Notes: generated from the letters alone by a model not told the origin. A stretch of DNA of 55,525 nt from Girardia tigrina (GCA_001938485.1 MQRK01233039.1:20464-75988), one strand, 5' to 3'; shown: positions 38,135 to 52,350, counted from the stretch's first letter. Translations and numbers: made by a program.

Positions 38135-39115
38135 AACCTTTTCTTCAGGGAAAAATAATTTACAATGGAAGAAAATTCAAAACACATCTTGAAAGAATTG
38201 AGAGATCAAACTTTCTTGGGGTCATGATGACCTTGGTAGATTATTGGATGAACTTTATTCAGTTTACAGAAGGTTCTATAAAAATAATATGTATTTCAAA
38301 AATAAATTTTCTGAATGTTTTTTCATTTCACTAACTTTTTCAAGTAACTCTCGTTCAATTCAAACATTTATTATTTATAATATATGTCTTCGACAAAATG
38401 TCAGACTTTGATTAAAAGTAATTAAATAATTATAATATTTACTGTTTATTTAAAACATAAATTGTTTAATCATAATTATAATTAACGTAGTTCTTGTATA
38501 GCAGCATTTGCGGATGTCAATTGATACCAATCTTTTCTATGGTTAAAAGAATGTTGATGCTACTCGTTTATATAGGAACAATATTTTTGAAGTTATTGAC
38601 TCTGTATTTTTCTTTATAAATTAATATTATAGAAAAACAAGGTGAATAAATAGAAAATATTTTTTTAATACCACTCTTATAATTGACGAGTTTGTATTAA
38701 ACATGAATCATACATCGACTTATTATAATTTTGACTTAAATTTTCCTTATGATTGTCAATTTCATTCCGTTTTTTGTATTTTTCATTCATTTTTGATAAA
38801 TTAATTCATTAATTGGTAAATGTTTTGATAAATTAAAAAATTGTGATCGGAAATGAATAAGTAGAAAAAAAAATCAGCTCTATCCGATAAAGAAAAGTGA
38901 AAGAAATGATGACTTACCAATGATGATTTGTACCAAACAGACAAACGGAGCGAACGAATATAAAACATGGTAAAAAAATAAATAAATATGATTATAATAA
39001 ATGATGATGAACGTTATTTAAGATTTCAAAACAATTTATATCAACTAAAACATAAATACTTTTAAATATATCAAAATTATAAATAAATTATGAACTCATC
39101 AAAATTTTAAATTTC

Positions 39116-40088
39116 TATTGGGTCCGAAAAGTAATGTGCGTTTAGCATATAGCTAACTTTAACGGGCATTATTAGCTATATAACTTAATTAAAAATCTAC
39201 AGTGTATATGTATTAATCTATTGCTTTATTGAAAAATTTAATGAAGTAATGGAAAATTTTAAATTCAAGGACCATTTTTAAATGGAGAAAAAATCGGAAC
39301 ATTTACGAGACATTATTATTTTTTACTATAGAAAATGGAAAAATGCATCTGCAATCTGGAAAAAGATTGAATATTTATTGAGAGAATGTGTCAACTAAAT
39401 CTACTGTAAGATGATGGTTTGTTAAATTCAATGCTGGAAATTTTAACCTCGAAGATTTTAATCGCCTGGATGACCTTCTGCTGTTGATGCTTTGTCAAAT
39501 TAAGGAACAGATTGAGTCAAATCCAAGATTAATTACTCGTGATATAACAGAGGCCGTGGGTATTCCAAAAAGCACCCTTACACCAAAAAAGTCTTGCTCT
39601 GTGTTTTGTGGGATTTTAACGGTGTCATAAATTACGAACTTAATTCTGATGTGTACTGTCGTCAGCTAAAAAATTTGAACCAGAAATACAGGAAAAAAGT
39701 CTGGAACTGTCAAACAGAAAAGGTGTTCTGCTTCAACATGACAATACAAAACAACATGTTTCTATCATCACTCGTAGAAAATCATGCGAGCTATGATAGG
39801 AGGTGTTACTCCATCCACTATATTGACCTGATCTACATCAGACTTCTATTTATTCCGGTCCTTGCAAAATTCTTTGAATGGAAATTTTTTTTAATTGTGA
39901 GGCTATCAAAAATCATGTGGATGCGTTTTTTGAGTCAAAACTTATGGAATTTTGAAACTACCTGAAAGATGAATTGAGGTCATCGAACAAAACGGCAAAT
40001 ATTTCACTGAATAAACTTTGTTCTTTCTTCTAAAAAACTGATTTTAATATTCATGAAATAACGTGCATTACTTTTGGACAAGTCAATA
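39116..40088 (+). mobile_element. Internally deleted mariner
   Basis: Imperfect TIRs (tattgggtccgaaaagtaatgtgcgtt / aacgtgcattacttttggacaagtcaata); WFVKFNAGNFNLED, KKVLLCVLWDF, HDNTKQH, HPLY*PDL remnants. Confidence 0.88.
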
Positions 40089-41199
40089 TTATACGTAAAA
40101 TGATATCCACATATTATGATGAAATTTTTATGAGGTAATGAAATGAAATTAACATCAAGCATTCTGTCGGACATTTTAATAAAAGAGTTTATAGAACAAA
40201 AAACAGAAATACGTCGTTTAATGCACAAGATGTGTTCCTGGGGAAAAGTTTTAACTGAAATAACAGTAAAAAGGGTCTTTAGTCCCATAATAAGGGATCT
40301 TTCTGTTATAAAAATATTAATTATTATTTTATAAGGTTATTATGTACATAGAAAAGCAAAACGTATGTACATTATGTTATTTGTCGAAATTTATTAGCTA
40401 ACGTCTTAGAAGAAGAAATATCATATTGTCGGTTTACATTTTCCAAACATTCTTTAGTGTCAATTTAAATCCAGGGTCAAACTTCCATTATTTTCTGTCA
40501 ACACTGTTAAGTGGTAAACCCTTTTTTGTCTCAATCATCTAGAAAGATAATGAGTTTCAAAAATTAACATGTCCAATTACAGTAACTTTACCTATCCTAT
40601 CAACAATTTAACATCGTTTGATTTAATTTGATTAAGACATTAAAATAAATTTATAACACTTAATTTTCTAAGGAAATTATTGCACTACAAATTAACTGTA
40701 ACCATGAAAATTTCAAAACACTTTTTCAAAAATATCTTTTTTGGATTTGTTTTTAAGAAATCTCTTTTCATTGTTTTATAAAAGTTATTTTACCGAAATT
40801 TCGATGAACGAAACAAAGTCAATTCATGCTTTTAATAATAAATGTTTTCAAGAATAAAATGTTTACTGGGGATTAAAAAGAATTTCGACATCATTTTACA
40901 CAAAATATAATTTTTAAAACCTTCAGTGGAATAACTGATGAATCTAAAAGTTCGATTAAAAAAGATAACGCCAGAAAAAATTAGGCGCGTTTTATTACTT
41001 TATTTTACTATATTAACATTTGCACGTGTAAAAGATAACTTAATGAATTTACTGATAAATTCTTTTTTTTTGATATCTACAAAATCTTTCTTCGATATTT
41101 TTCTATTTTAAAATTATCCAATTTGTTTCTTATTTTCAATTTTTTTATTGTTAAAATTCGAATTTAAATTCAGTTTCATTTGTGATTTAAAATATAATT

Positions 41200-42432
41200 C
41201 TTATGATTTTTAAGTCAAAAAATTTTCGTCTGAATATATTGTGATTAATTTCGACGGATCAACCGTCATCATCAGACTGAATTAACAATGATATACTCGC
41301 GTTTATATATCAAAGCAATGTTTATGTAATCATTATGTCATTTAAATCATNNNNNNNNNNNNNNNNNNNNNNNNNNNNNNNNNNNNNNNNNNNNNNNNNN
41401 NNNNNNNNNNNNNNNNNNNNNNNNNNNNNNNNNNNNNNNNNNNNNNNNNNNNNNNNNNNNNNNNNNNNNNNNNNNNNNNNNNNNNNNNNNNNNNNNNNNN
41501 NNNNNNNNNNNNNNNNNNNNNNNNNNNNNNNNNNNNNNNNNNNNNNNNNNNNNNNNNNNNNNNNNNNNNNNNNNNNNNNNNNNNNNNNNNNNNNNNNNNN
41601 NNNNNNNNNNNNNNNNNNNNNNNNNNNNNNNNNNNNNNNNNNNNNNNNNNNNNNNNNNNNNNNNNNNNNNNNNNNNNNNNNNNNNNNNNNNNNNNNNNNN
41701 NNNNNNNNNNNNNNNNNNNNNNNNNNNNNNNNNNNNNNNNNNNNNNNNNNNNNNNNNNNNNNNNNNNNNNNNNNNNNNNNNNNNNNNNNNNNNNNNNNNN
41801 NNNNNNNNNNNNNNNNNNNNNNNNNNNNNNNNCGATTTGGAATATCCATTTTTATGAAGTAAATTCATTAACTTATCAATACTTTCATTACATTTAGCGT
41901 ACGTAGACGAAAGTGTCCAAGATCTATAGATCAAATCTTTTATCATATTTCCTTTATATTTAGGTTCACAAAAACTGTTAGGGGTTGTATATAACCCTGT
42001 ATCAGTTTTCTTTCTATAGATCCCAGTTTCAAAATGGTTGTTTTTTGCTCTTTCTATCAAAAGATCTAAGAATGGTAANNNNNNNNNNTTTTCATATTCT
42101 ACCGTGAATTTTATATTTGAATGTAGGGAATTCATATAATTTAAGAAAGGCTCAACTTGTTCTTTATTATCAAACAATAGAAAAATATCATCTACATAAC
42201 GTTTATAAATTTTTAGATTTAACACCATCATATAGACTTATTTTCTCTTCAATCTTTGAAAGAAATATCGAAGCTAAAGTTGGAGCTAATGGAGAACCCA
42301 TAGCTACCCCATCAACCTGTTGATACCAATCATTATTAAATAAAAATCGTAAATTCGATGTTGCAAAATATAACAATTCCCGAAAAGCAATCTCATCAAC
42401 TAAATGATGTTCATTAACATTATTTCTCCATA
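41200..42432 (-). mobile_element. Second Penelope-like element (RT; probable EN region hidden by N gap)
   Basis: QVDGVAMGSPLAPTLASIFLS, RYVDDIF, LPFLDLLI, IYRKKTDTGLY; hammerhead-containing 3' repeat near 41240-41280. Confidence 0.9.
41241..41277 (-). ncRNA. Minimal hammerhead ribozyme of the second PLE family
   Basis: GU-CUGAUGA-U-GACGG UUGAU CCGUC-GAAA-UUA AUC^AC: 5-bp stem II, palindromic AUUAAU; stem I only 2 bp adjacent to the core. Confidence 0.75.
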
Positions 42433-42479
42433 TTTCTTATGATATATAATAATTTAGAAATGTAATTTTTGTAAAACAA

Positions 42480-43350
42480 AATCTCTAATGTATAGTAAGT
42501 AAATTGTCAAATCGATAATATGTTGTTTTTAAATGATCTGGACTTCTTCTGAATTTAAGAATTAAACAGCAATACACCCTGCTTTGATTATTATTTATAC
42601 ATGATCCTTTAAAGGGTAGTGAATTCCTATTTTCTCTCTAGCGGCAAATTACGCTAAATCCTTTTTGCCTCAAGGCATAAATTTTCTTTTCACCGTCTGT
42701 CGGGTTTTATCCTTTGTTCTAAACTTTAATGTCTGGTGTTTTTGTTTCTTCAGGCTTGATAAAGCCATAAAACTGCTTAACAATAATTAGACTCCTTTTT
42801 AATGAAAACGTTAAAGTCAATAAGGTTTCATATTATTTTTTTCCAAACATGTCAATAAGATTTTTTCATAAACCATAATATGTTTATTCACATCTCAAAA
42901 TCGTTATAGATTTTTACTGACTACTGTACTAGTAAACATAGATACTTAATCTAACAAAAAATTAAAAAAAATATTCTGTAACAACGATTATCTTGAAATA
43001 TTTAAAGAAATTATATTTAAAAATATTGATTTATATTCTTTTGTGACTCCATATCTATTTCTATCAAAACCACTAAAGTGACTTCTTCAGTCTCGAAACT
43101 CTTCTCTTAACAACCACTTGAAATATACACAGTCACCTTCACTAAAGGCTTGCCAGGTTTTATATATGTTTACTACAGAGGATTCATTAATAAATGGCGA
43201 CAAAAACTTATAAGTTTTCCATTGAAATTATTCAGCAACTATGTTGCAAAAGAAATATGCTATTTAAGATTTACTTTCAATTCTAATCTAAATCTTGTTA
43301 ACGTCACTTCAGTTCCCTTTTCTGATTATTTTCCTTCGATTTCTTCCTTA
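42480..43350 (-). pseudogene. Possible highly decayed Gypsy pol remnant
   Basis: Scattered minus-strand fragments (FMP*G, GF(Y)QA, KHI*..GKP) in the expected order. Confidence 0.35.
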
Positions 43351-43591
43351 GCGTAAGTGGAGTGCATTTCTATATTTGTTTATTTGTAGTTTTAACTTGT
43401 AGTTAATAATCCAAATTTATTATTGTTTAAAATAGATTTTATTAATAATATATAGTATTTTCGTTATTAAAATCTACTGGTAATAGTATTAATAATATTT
43501 TATATTTTGGAATATAACCTATTCACATTTCAAGAATGTTTCTTTTGTGTTTTAACTGTGTTTAAGATAGGCAAGAAAAAATTATCATAAT

Positions 43592-43795
43592 AGCAGTTAT
43601 AAAGACTTAACAACTTTATGTTCACCAAAATGAAGACTTGAAATTAAAAGAAACCAATTTTTGGATTAAAAAGTGTCAAACCACTTAATAGATTTCTATT
43701 AAGTGGTTTGACACTTTTTAATCCAAAAATTGGTTTCTTTTAATTTCAAGTCTTCATTTTGGTGAACATAAAGTTGTTAAGTCTTTATAACTGCT
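43592..43795. repeat. Long palindrome, 101-bp arms with 2-nt spacer
   Basis: 43592-43692 is the reverse complement of 43695-43795; no mismatch found by eye. Confidence 0.95.
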
Positions 43796-45399
43796 TCAAA
43801 ATAATTTCCAACACTTTCAAAGTTATTGAATGTTTCTTATCAAAGATGAGACACCATGATTGAATGTACAAAAGTTATGTATATAAAAAATTGAAAACAA
43901 AAATAAGATATAGAAAAGTTTGTATCAACAATGTTTACGAAATTAAAGTGAAGTCTTTTTTTTAAAACTTAAAACTATTTGTATTGTTATTGTTTAAAAA
44001 AATTAATAAAAAATACCGATCAATAAAATAATTATTTGATCTATTTGGTGTGTAATAATTTCATTTATTATATACTGTAAACGACAAATTCCTATTTGAT
44101 TTGGACGGATTCACCTGAATCATTTGTCAAGCAATTTCGAGAGAGAAACATAAAAGCTTTATTGTACATATGCTCGAGCCAACAATATTTGACTAAAGCT
44201 GTTTTCTATCAGAGACCCCCTTCGTCTCGGAAATAACAAATGCAAAAGAGGAATGCTGATTTTATAGATGATTGAAAAAATATTAATTCCGTTTCTGAGC
44301 TTGACTAGTCTCGTCGACGACAAAATACTGGTGAGCTGGAGACTAACTGTCGAAGCTGATTACATCTCTGGATGGGAGTGCATAGGAGTATTGAGATGAT
44401 GGGCGGGACGGTGGTTACAGCAATGATGTCGATGATGTGATAAAGATGAGCTTGGCCAATTGATGATGATTAATAATGAGCAAGCCAGTTAATGCTGGAT
44501 AATTCTTCTTAGTTGGTGTCGGACGACACCTCACTTATGCTTAGAAATTTGTAAGATAATGTTGTAAGGAATTCGTTAACTATAAAAATTCGAAAATTAA
44601 ATCGGAACTTTTAAATTAGTAAATATATTTATATTTAATGTATTCTATTAAAAAAAGATTTGATAAACCTTACGTAATTATAATCTGAGACAATGTTAAT
44701 ATAAATTTTTATAATTTTATTATGACAATTTCAAATTTGTAATTTCCTTTCATTTTGTCGAATTGAAAGAGTAGACAAGTGATATAAACTATCTGTAAAA
44801 GTGAAGCACCATTAGCTCGTTAAAAATTTTAAAAATCTCTTTAAATATCCATTAACTATTCATCATACTGATTTCCTTTATTCTTTTATAAATATGTTAG
44901 TAAAGGTATATCTAGTTATAGTACAAATCTCATTGTCACCAAATCAATTTGTCAATATATTAAAGAGATTATTTTATGCTCATCTAACATCTCAAACCTT
45001 TTTTCACAAATTCATTTCAAAATATCTTCAAAAGGTTAAGAACTCATTTTACCTTTGTCTCTAAATCGCCTGAGTTGCACCATCATGGATTGTACTTTGA
45101 GGAATGTTATTCAAACTTGTGTTTATTGACTGAAAACGCTAATAAATTTTTGGGACAAAGTAATACACAATGTTTCTTGGGTATTTTATTTGTTCTATTT
45201 TGTAGTTACAAATTTTGACCAAAATTTTAATTTATTTTGACCATACTTTTTTTCGAAGATTGATAGCAAATTGAATAAATTTTGGCAAAATTCTCAAGAA
45301 CAATGTCAATTTTAAATTTTAATTGTAACAGTTTGTATCTTTATCAAATTTATAATATGATAACGATAATAATTACAAACAAGTAAACAAAGTTTTCAA

Positions 45400-45720
45400 A
45401 TACTAAAAGCCTTTAACAAAAATATATTTGTTAGATGAATCTTTAACCATAGTTTGGTAATTTTGTAACCCATATATTTAGAACTGGTAAGAAGAACGAC
45501 TTTAATAGAAGTGCAGCGGTCTATATAATTTATATAGCATTTTTGATATACTAAAAATAATTCGTTAAAGAGAAGAAAAGAACGTTCACTTTCATCATAA
45601 CCATTTTTTAAAATATAATTACAGAGTTTTTCATTTTTATAAAACTCTTTTTTCCTTTGCCAACATATTCTCCTCAATTGAATCCGATTATTCGAAAGTA
45701 ATTTTCAATCCAAGTTCTTT
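45400..45720 (+). pseudogene. Tc1/IS630-like DDE remnant
   Basis: LPTYSPQLNPI motif at about 45658-45690; rest unrecognisable. Confidence 0.45.
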
Positions 45721-47330
45721 TCAAAGGGATATAAATCAATAGAAAATTGGAAACTAGAAATGAAACTTCTTTTCCTCTTAAATTATAGTAAAGTACTTGA
45801 AAATATTTAGACTCAACTAAAAGATTGGTGATCAATTTCTATACGTTAACTTGTTATGTGGTTGACCGATGAGATCGGACAATATAAAAGTTGTATACTT
45901 TGGAAAAACACTTAATATTGTTTAATTGATTAAAAATTGAGTTAGGTTTAAAAGTTTAGAACTTTAGATTAAGGATTAAATGTTAATTTTGAGGAGAAAT
46001 ATTAAAATCAATTTCAAATATCATTAAAATTTTACAAGAATAATTTTACATAATTTGTCTAAGTGAGCAAATATATATTAATTTTATTAATCAGGTAACA
46101 CAAACCTTAATAATGATAATTCTTGAAGGTACCAAATTTAGGAAAAGTATCATTATTTGCGAAAGTAATTCAGGTCGAATTAAAACAAATAAGTAATAAT
46201 TACGATACTGATTTCTAGAGTACTAATAATTACCCATTGATAACTCTTTTTCTTTCAGTGTTCCGGCAAAATTATAAAATAATATTCAGTATCAGATTTT
46301 TAATTATAATTTGCTTACGATGTCTTTTTTATTTTTAGGCTATTGTATTGTTTAATACGCTCTTATCTCGTTACTTTTCCATAGGATCAGTAAAAATGCA
46401 ACTATTTCCCAGACAAGTATTTCTCTAAAAACGTAAAACAGTCGGATTTTGTCAAAATTTGGTGTGGAATTAAATATGCTTCATATGTTTTTTTCAAAGG
46501 ATTAACATTCCGATTTAGTTTTTTATTTATTTCTTTCTTTACTGATATTACATCTTCTTTCAGTTTTTATTAATTAAAAAATATTTCTTTTTCTTTTCTC
46601 ACAATAAGTTTATTATTTACTTCATTTGACTTTATCATTTATTTTCTTCAACTTTTTGATTTTTTTGTTAACAAGTTAAGAAGGAGATAAGAAAATTGTT
46701 CTTGATAAAGAAAATCTTCAATGGTTCAATGGAAAGATTAAATAATCTGGCTAAAATTGAGATGTAATGTCAGATAATAACAAATTAAAGGTGTGGTTTC
46801 TCCTTTTTTAAAAGAAGTTATTAAAAGAATTTCCAACAGTGATAAATGATAATAATAAATAATAATAATGCACTACATGAGAGATGATTATCAAGACTTT
46901 TGATTAAGAGTAAACTGAAAAACTAGTAGGGGCGGAAAATTATGCTTATCAAATGATGCTGAAGCGAAATTCTTACATAAGTGTCTCGGTTTGGTTTTAA
47001 TTAGGGTGTTTCTTTCGTGTTTTCTTATATCATTGCTGGCTTATCGTTTCATTATTCTTTCTAATTTTGGATTCATATGTTTCTTTAATTATGTTTTTTA
47101 TACATTTGAATGCTTTTTTCATATTTAAACGATCACAAAATACCAAAATATAAGTTTGAATGATCCTATATAATGAATGGACAAAACGTTCATCAGAAAT
47201 TCTCAAACAATCTGCTGAGAAAATTTCATTGCTTTCATAAATTAATATTCCACATATTTAATATAAAACACGAATAAAATGATAAACATATACTTTTCAA
47301 AGTACGGGCTAAAAAATAGTGTAATATATA

Positions 47331-47730
47331 CGTGGGCTGCCCGAAATGTTCTTAGCCTATCAATCAAAAACAAAAATTAAATTTGAAAAGATATATTTAT
47401 TTTTTGATATAATCTCCTTAAATATAATACATTTATTCCAACTTTTTTATTTGTTCTATTTTATTTCTAATTATCTTTCAATGATATTTAATGAAATTTT
47501 TCATTGTTAAATATAGAAGAAATAGTTATGAGTTTTTGATTCCGCCTCGCCAAAACTTTTGCCGTTGTTGACCACTGTTCTGCCAATAAACCCAGGTTTC
47601 ATCAGCTGTAAAAAGGCGATATAGAAAATTGTTGCGGTGGAGCTTTCGAAGTAGTTAATTGTTTACAGCTTCATCATTTGTTGTGAAACGCTTTACAGTA
47701 AGGAACTTTTTAGGTTAGGAAATAAATACT
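47331..47730 (-). mobile_element. Inverted 3' fragment of a mariner related to 47816-49082
   Basis: TA-CGTGGGCTGCCCGAAA TIR; 47640-47728 is reverse complementary to about 48850-48945. Confidence 0.8.
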
Positions 47731-47815
47731 GATATGATGAATGTATTACGTATGCTCCTTCGTATGCCACAGTAAAAATTGGGTTTCGGAATTCAAAAGT
47801 GGTCGTAAAAGCGCA

Positions 47816-49082
47816 GGCTGTCCGGAAAATTCTAAGCCTAACACACATATGATTCTATAAACAGCAAAAGATAGGTATGTTAGAACGTCGTATATATATA
47901 TATATATAATATGAACACATGTAAAATTTCATTATTATGTGTTATTTCTTTGTTTAAAAGGAATTTAAAATTGACTTAACATTAATTTTTTAGTAATGAA
48001 TAAATTCAAGAATCTGACGGAAATTGAATATTTATTTATGACAGGATTAAAATGAGAGGAAATTTTTATTGATATGGGAAATGTATTACGTGAAAGAGTT
48101 CCTTCGTATTCCACAGTAAAAAAGTGGATTTCGGAATTTTAATGTGTTCGTAAAAGCATTGAAGATGAACCACGTAGAGGAAGTTCAAAAACTGCGACAA
48201 CACCAGAAATCATTCGTGGAGTACATGGTATGGTGTTAGAAGATCGGCGTGTCAAAGTAAGCGGAATAGCTGATGCGATGGGCATCTCAAAAGATCGAGT
48301 TGGATATATTTTGCATGAGGAATTACACACGAAAAAGCTTTGCGCAAGAAGGGTGCCGCATTTGTTGCGGATCGATCACAAATTCTTTCGAAAGAGAAAT
48401 TCTTAAGCTTGTTTGGATCGTTTTAGACAAGAAAGGGGATTTTTTTATAACTGTTTCTGAAACATGGATCCATCATTATACACCAGAAGCAAAAGAAAAG
48501 TCAAAACAATCGATTGAGGCTGGTGGAAGTGCACCAAAGAAAACTAAAACAGTTCAGTCTGCCGGAAAGGTTATGGCGACAATTTTTGGGATTACAAAGG
48601 TGTTTTATTGATCGATTATCTTGAGAAAGGTAAAACAGTCAAATCAGAATATTACTTAAGACATTTGGATCAAAGAGATGCAATAATTCGTGAGAAAATA
48701 CATTGTTTTGCGAAGAAAAAAAATCAATTTTCATCAAGACAATGTAAGCGCTCACGAAAGTGGTTTGACGATGGCTAAATTGAATGAATTGAAGTACGAA
48801 TTGCTTAATCATGCACCGTATTCACCAGATTTTGCTCCAATTGACTATTATTTGTTTCCTAACCTAAAGAAGTTCCTTGCTGGAAAGTGTTTCACATCAA
48901 ATGATGAAGCTATTGCGTCTGTTAACAGTTATTTTGCAGAGCTCGAGGAAAATCATTTTATTCAAGGGAGAGTTGTTAGTAAAACTTTGGAATGTTTTGG
49001 GAGATATTATCAAAAATAAATATTTTTTTAAATTAAAATGTTGTTTATAATTGTAAGGCTAAGAACTTTTCGAACAGTCCCC
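47816..49082 (+). mobile_element. Near full-length mariner, defective transposase
   Basis: TIRs ggctgtccggaaaattctaagcct / aggctaagaacttttcgaacagtcc; motifs RVPHLL, TVSETWIHHY, SAGKVMATIF, FHQDNVSAH, HAPYSPDFAPIDYYLF; stop and frameshifts. Confidence 0.95.
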
Positions 49083-50625
49083 AAATATACATATATATGT
49101 GTGCTTATATAATTTTCCATTTTTAAAATTCATTTCAAATTTAATATCATATTTTATAAATAAAAAATAGTTAATGTTAAATAAGGAAAATGTAACATAT
49201 TATTTTTTCTATATTTTCTGATTACTTTTTTTAATTAAAAATATTCTTTATTTATTTCACTCAATTGATTTGATTTTTTAAAATTATGTTTTCTTAATTA
49301 ATTGTTTTAAATTAATTTAATCTAATTTTACAACATTTTAATTTATTATATTTAAATTAATTAATTTTTTGTAATTATTTTTCCTATTTATTTTAACAAA
49401 ATGGTAATTAAATAATTTATTCGAATGTTTTTCAAATCATTAAGAATTAAATTAGCATAATAAATAAAAATTTGATTTAATAAAATATTGGAATTAAAAT
49501 TAAAAATAAATTTTAAAAAATTGCAAAAAAAGAACAAATATAATTTTTTATATATTTTTCTTTAAAATAAATATATTAATGAGTTTTCTTAAATTGTGAT
49601 TTTCAATTGTCGTAAATAAAAAATAACTATTTCTTCTATATTTAACAATGAAAAATTTTATTAAATATCATTGAAAGATAATTATATGATGAAGATTTAA
49701 TTGTTCCTTTCTTTATCGAATTCAAGAAATTATTCACATTTATCTTTATTATTATTATTTTGTAATAACTATAATTAAATATGGAATTTTTTTACAATTT
49801 TCTGACTTTTTTTTCTTGAAAATAGGTTTTGGTTTGAAAGATCATATGAGACAAAATTTTCGAAGCTCAATATTTCTTTTTATTATATTAATGTTTGTTC
49901 TAATAATAAAACCATTATTTTAATATCTTTTAAAGAAAAATAGAAATAAATTAATAACTAAAGGTCATCATAATTGACTGTATAATATTAAACTTTTTGT
50001 GGTTATAAGTTGTTTACCATGAATTTGCAAGGGTAATAACTTTAATTTTCTATTCAATGGCACTGGTTTCAATTCCATTGCGGAAACCAACCCTATTTTT
50101 AAACAATGTGACATCCTGTTTTGTTACTGATGTTGGATTTTGCATTTTCTTGGAATTATAATATACTGTAAGGTTAAATAATGGTTATCATTAGACGTTC
50201 ATTTATATAGATCAAAAAATATTCATCTATATTAAAAGGCTTTTTCTGCAAGGTTAGATTTTTCTCTTCTTTTAATATTAAAAAATGCAACAAATTAAAG
50301 AGATGAACACTTTATTATTACATCATTGAAACTATTATATTATAAAATAGTTATATTTTATGGAAATTAAAAAACTTCATTTGTCTTTTTTTGTCTAGCA
50401 AGAAAAAACATTTAAATTTTCTTAGAATTTTTTTACCCCAAGAATAAATGAATTTAGAGAGAATGTTATCAAGAAAAGTTCAAAAAGTCGTAAATGAAAT
50501 TAAGAAAAATAAAGGAAACTTATGAAATATTTTTTATTAAATAGTTAATTTATTTTACTCAAATTTTTCATAATTAATTTTCAATTTTTTATCAATTTTT
50601 TCTAATTGAAATTGTATAATTAAAC

Positions 50626-50666
<41 letters not shown>

Positions 50667-51699
50667 TCATCCATTATGTAAAAGTCAATACAAAAAAAGA
50701 CAAAACTATTTTTTCATATTATTTTCAGTTAGATAACTTCGTTTGAATTGAATTGAATATAAAAACTTTATTCATATTTCTTTTATTGTAATTTTCTTTT
50801 TTTCTAATTTTAAAGAATAAGTATTATTTATAACGCTTTTAATTGTCGTTTTCTAATATATTTGGTTAATCAAGGTTATTATTAAAATTTTTACTCCCTT
50901 CTGTCTATATTCCCTTTAAAATAAAGTGATTGATGATATTGTCAAAAATTACTTCATATACAATTTTGATTCCATTTCTCCATTAAATTTGACTATCGTC
51001 ATAATTGTTCCTAAAGTTTTTTTTCGTATATTTTTTCCTCAGTTTACCTTTAATTTATGAATTTTAATTAATATATATTAAATCTACCCAGTGATCTATT
51101 TTTCATTGGCACATCACCAGTATTTATAAAGTTACTTTTACTTTTTTGTTTCGAAAAAAAATCTCGAAAAAATATTTATTCATTAATTATACCGGTGGAA
51201 AATGTCACGAAACAAAAAAAACAGAACAGAGAGTGCACATATATAAATTATCTTGAATATTATATTATTATTTGCCATTAAATTATTTGAATTAATTTTT
51301 ATTTTTCTTATAATAATCTATCAAAATAAAATATAAAAGGTGTATTATTTGCTTTCATGAACATTTTTTTCTTTTCTATTTTTGCATTAAGAGAAAGGTT
51401 TATAGAAAGATAATTTTTCAAATTTAATTTCTATCAAATTAAGATTGTTACAACTTTTTTTACTTTGTTTATATAATTACTTTAAAGTTTTTGTTAAAAT
51501 TTTGAATTCTTGTAAATTTATGTGTTCCGTTTTTTCATTTAATTTTTAACTGTTTTATTTAGGTAATTTTGATATTCGTTTTTTGATTCTTGTTTATACA
51601 ACATAAAATTTTTAGATATTTAATAATTAAAAAATATGCTTGCAAAATATCTTGTGAGTTGATATAGTAAAAATGATTTGATGAACAATCTTTAGACTT

Positions 51700-52350
51700 G
51701 TTAATCCGGCCACTGCTACTTTCAAAGGTTCATGTTAAAAAGGTTTATGTTAAATGACTATAATAATAAGAAAAGAAGAGATAATAATGAAATAAGATGC
51801 TAAAGCTGCTTTAACTCTGATAAAAATCAGAAAGTGGTAAAAATAATCAGCACCCGCAATATAAAGAATGAATGTGATTTTGATTTATCAATAAGAATAA
51901 TAAAATATACTGTAAAACTTTTGGATTCAATCATAAGAAAGCAGAACGAAAGATTGTGGGATATTTTCTACTTACTTCTCGAAGAATCCCTGAATGTAAA
52001 CAGTGGTGAAAAGATTGCCTGAATTTTAATAAAGGGATTTTTTTCAGATAAAAGAAATATTGGTTGTGGTTTTTTTGTCAAAGTCTGTCGACCAAGCTTA
52101 AAGTATGGCTATTTCTTGTAATGAAAGTTTTATTCAAGATCTGAACGGAAAACAAAGTTCAGAAAAATATAGGTTTTCTCTCATAAAATCAAAGCTTGGT
52201 GACTTTCATATTCAAACAGTACGATTGAGCTTTTGATGATGTACTTTCTTGAAAAAAATAATATTGAACTATCAAAATAGCTTGCTCCTAAGTCAGACTT
52301 AAATATTACGAAAATTATTTGATAAATGGATGTAAAATAAGTACATGATG
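51700..52350 (+). pseudogene. Old Tc1-like transposase remnant
   Basis: FLEKNNIELSK*LAPKSDLNIT resembles FLE.N.I..L.WP..SPDLNPIE. Confidence 0.4.

Noticed and set aside
40934-40965. CTGATGA hammerhead-like motif (also CTGAAGA at about 3913 and 36067)
   Set aside because: No properly placed GAAA with stems.
41322-41862. 175-aa ORFs
   Set aside because: Artefacts of the N gap.
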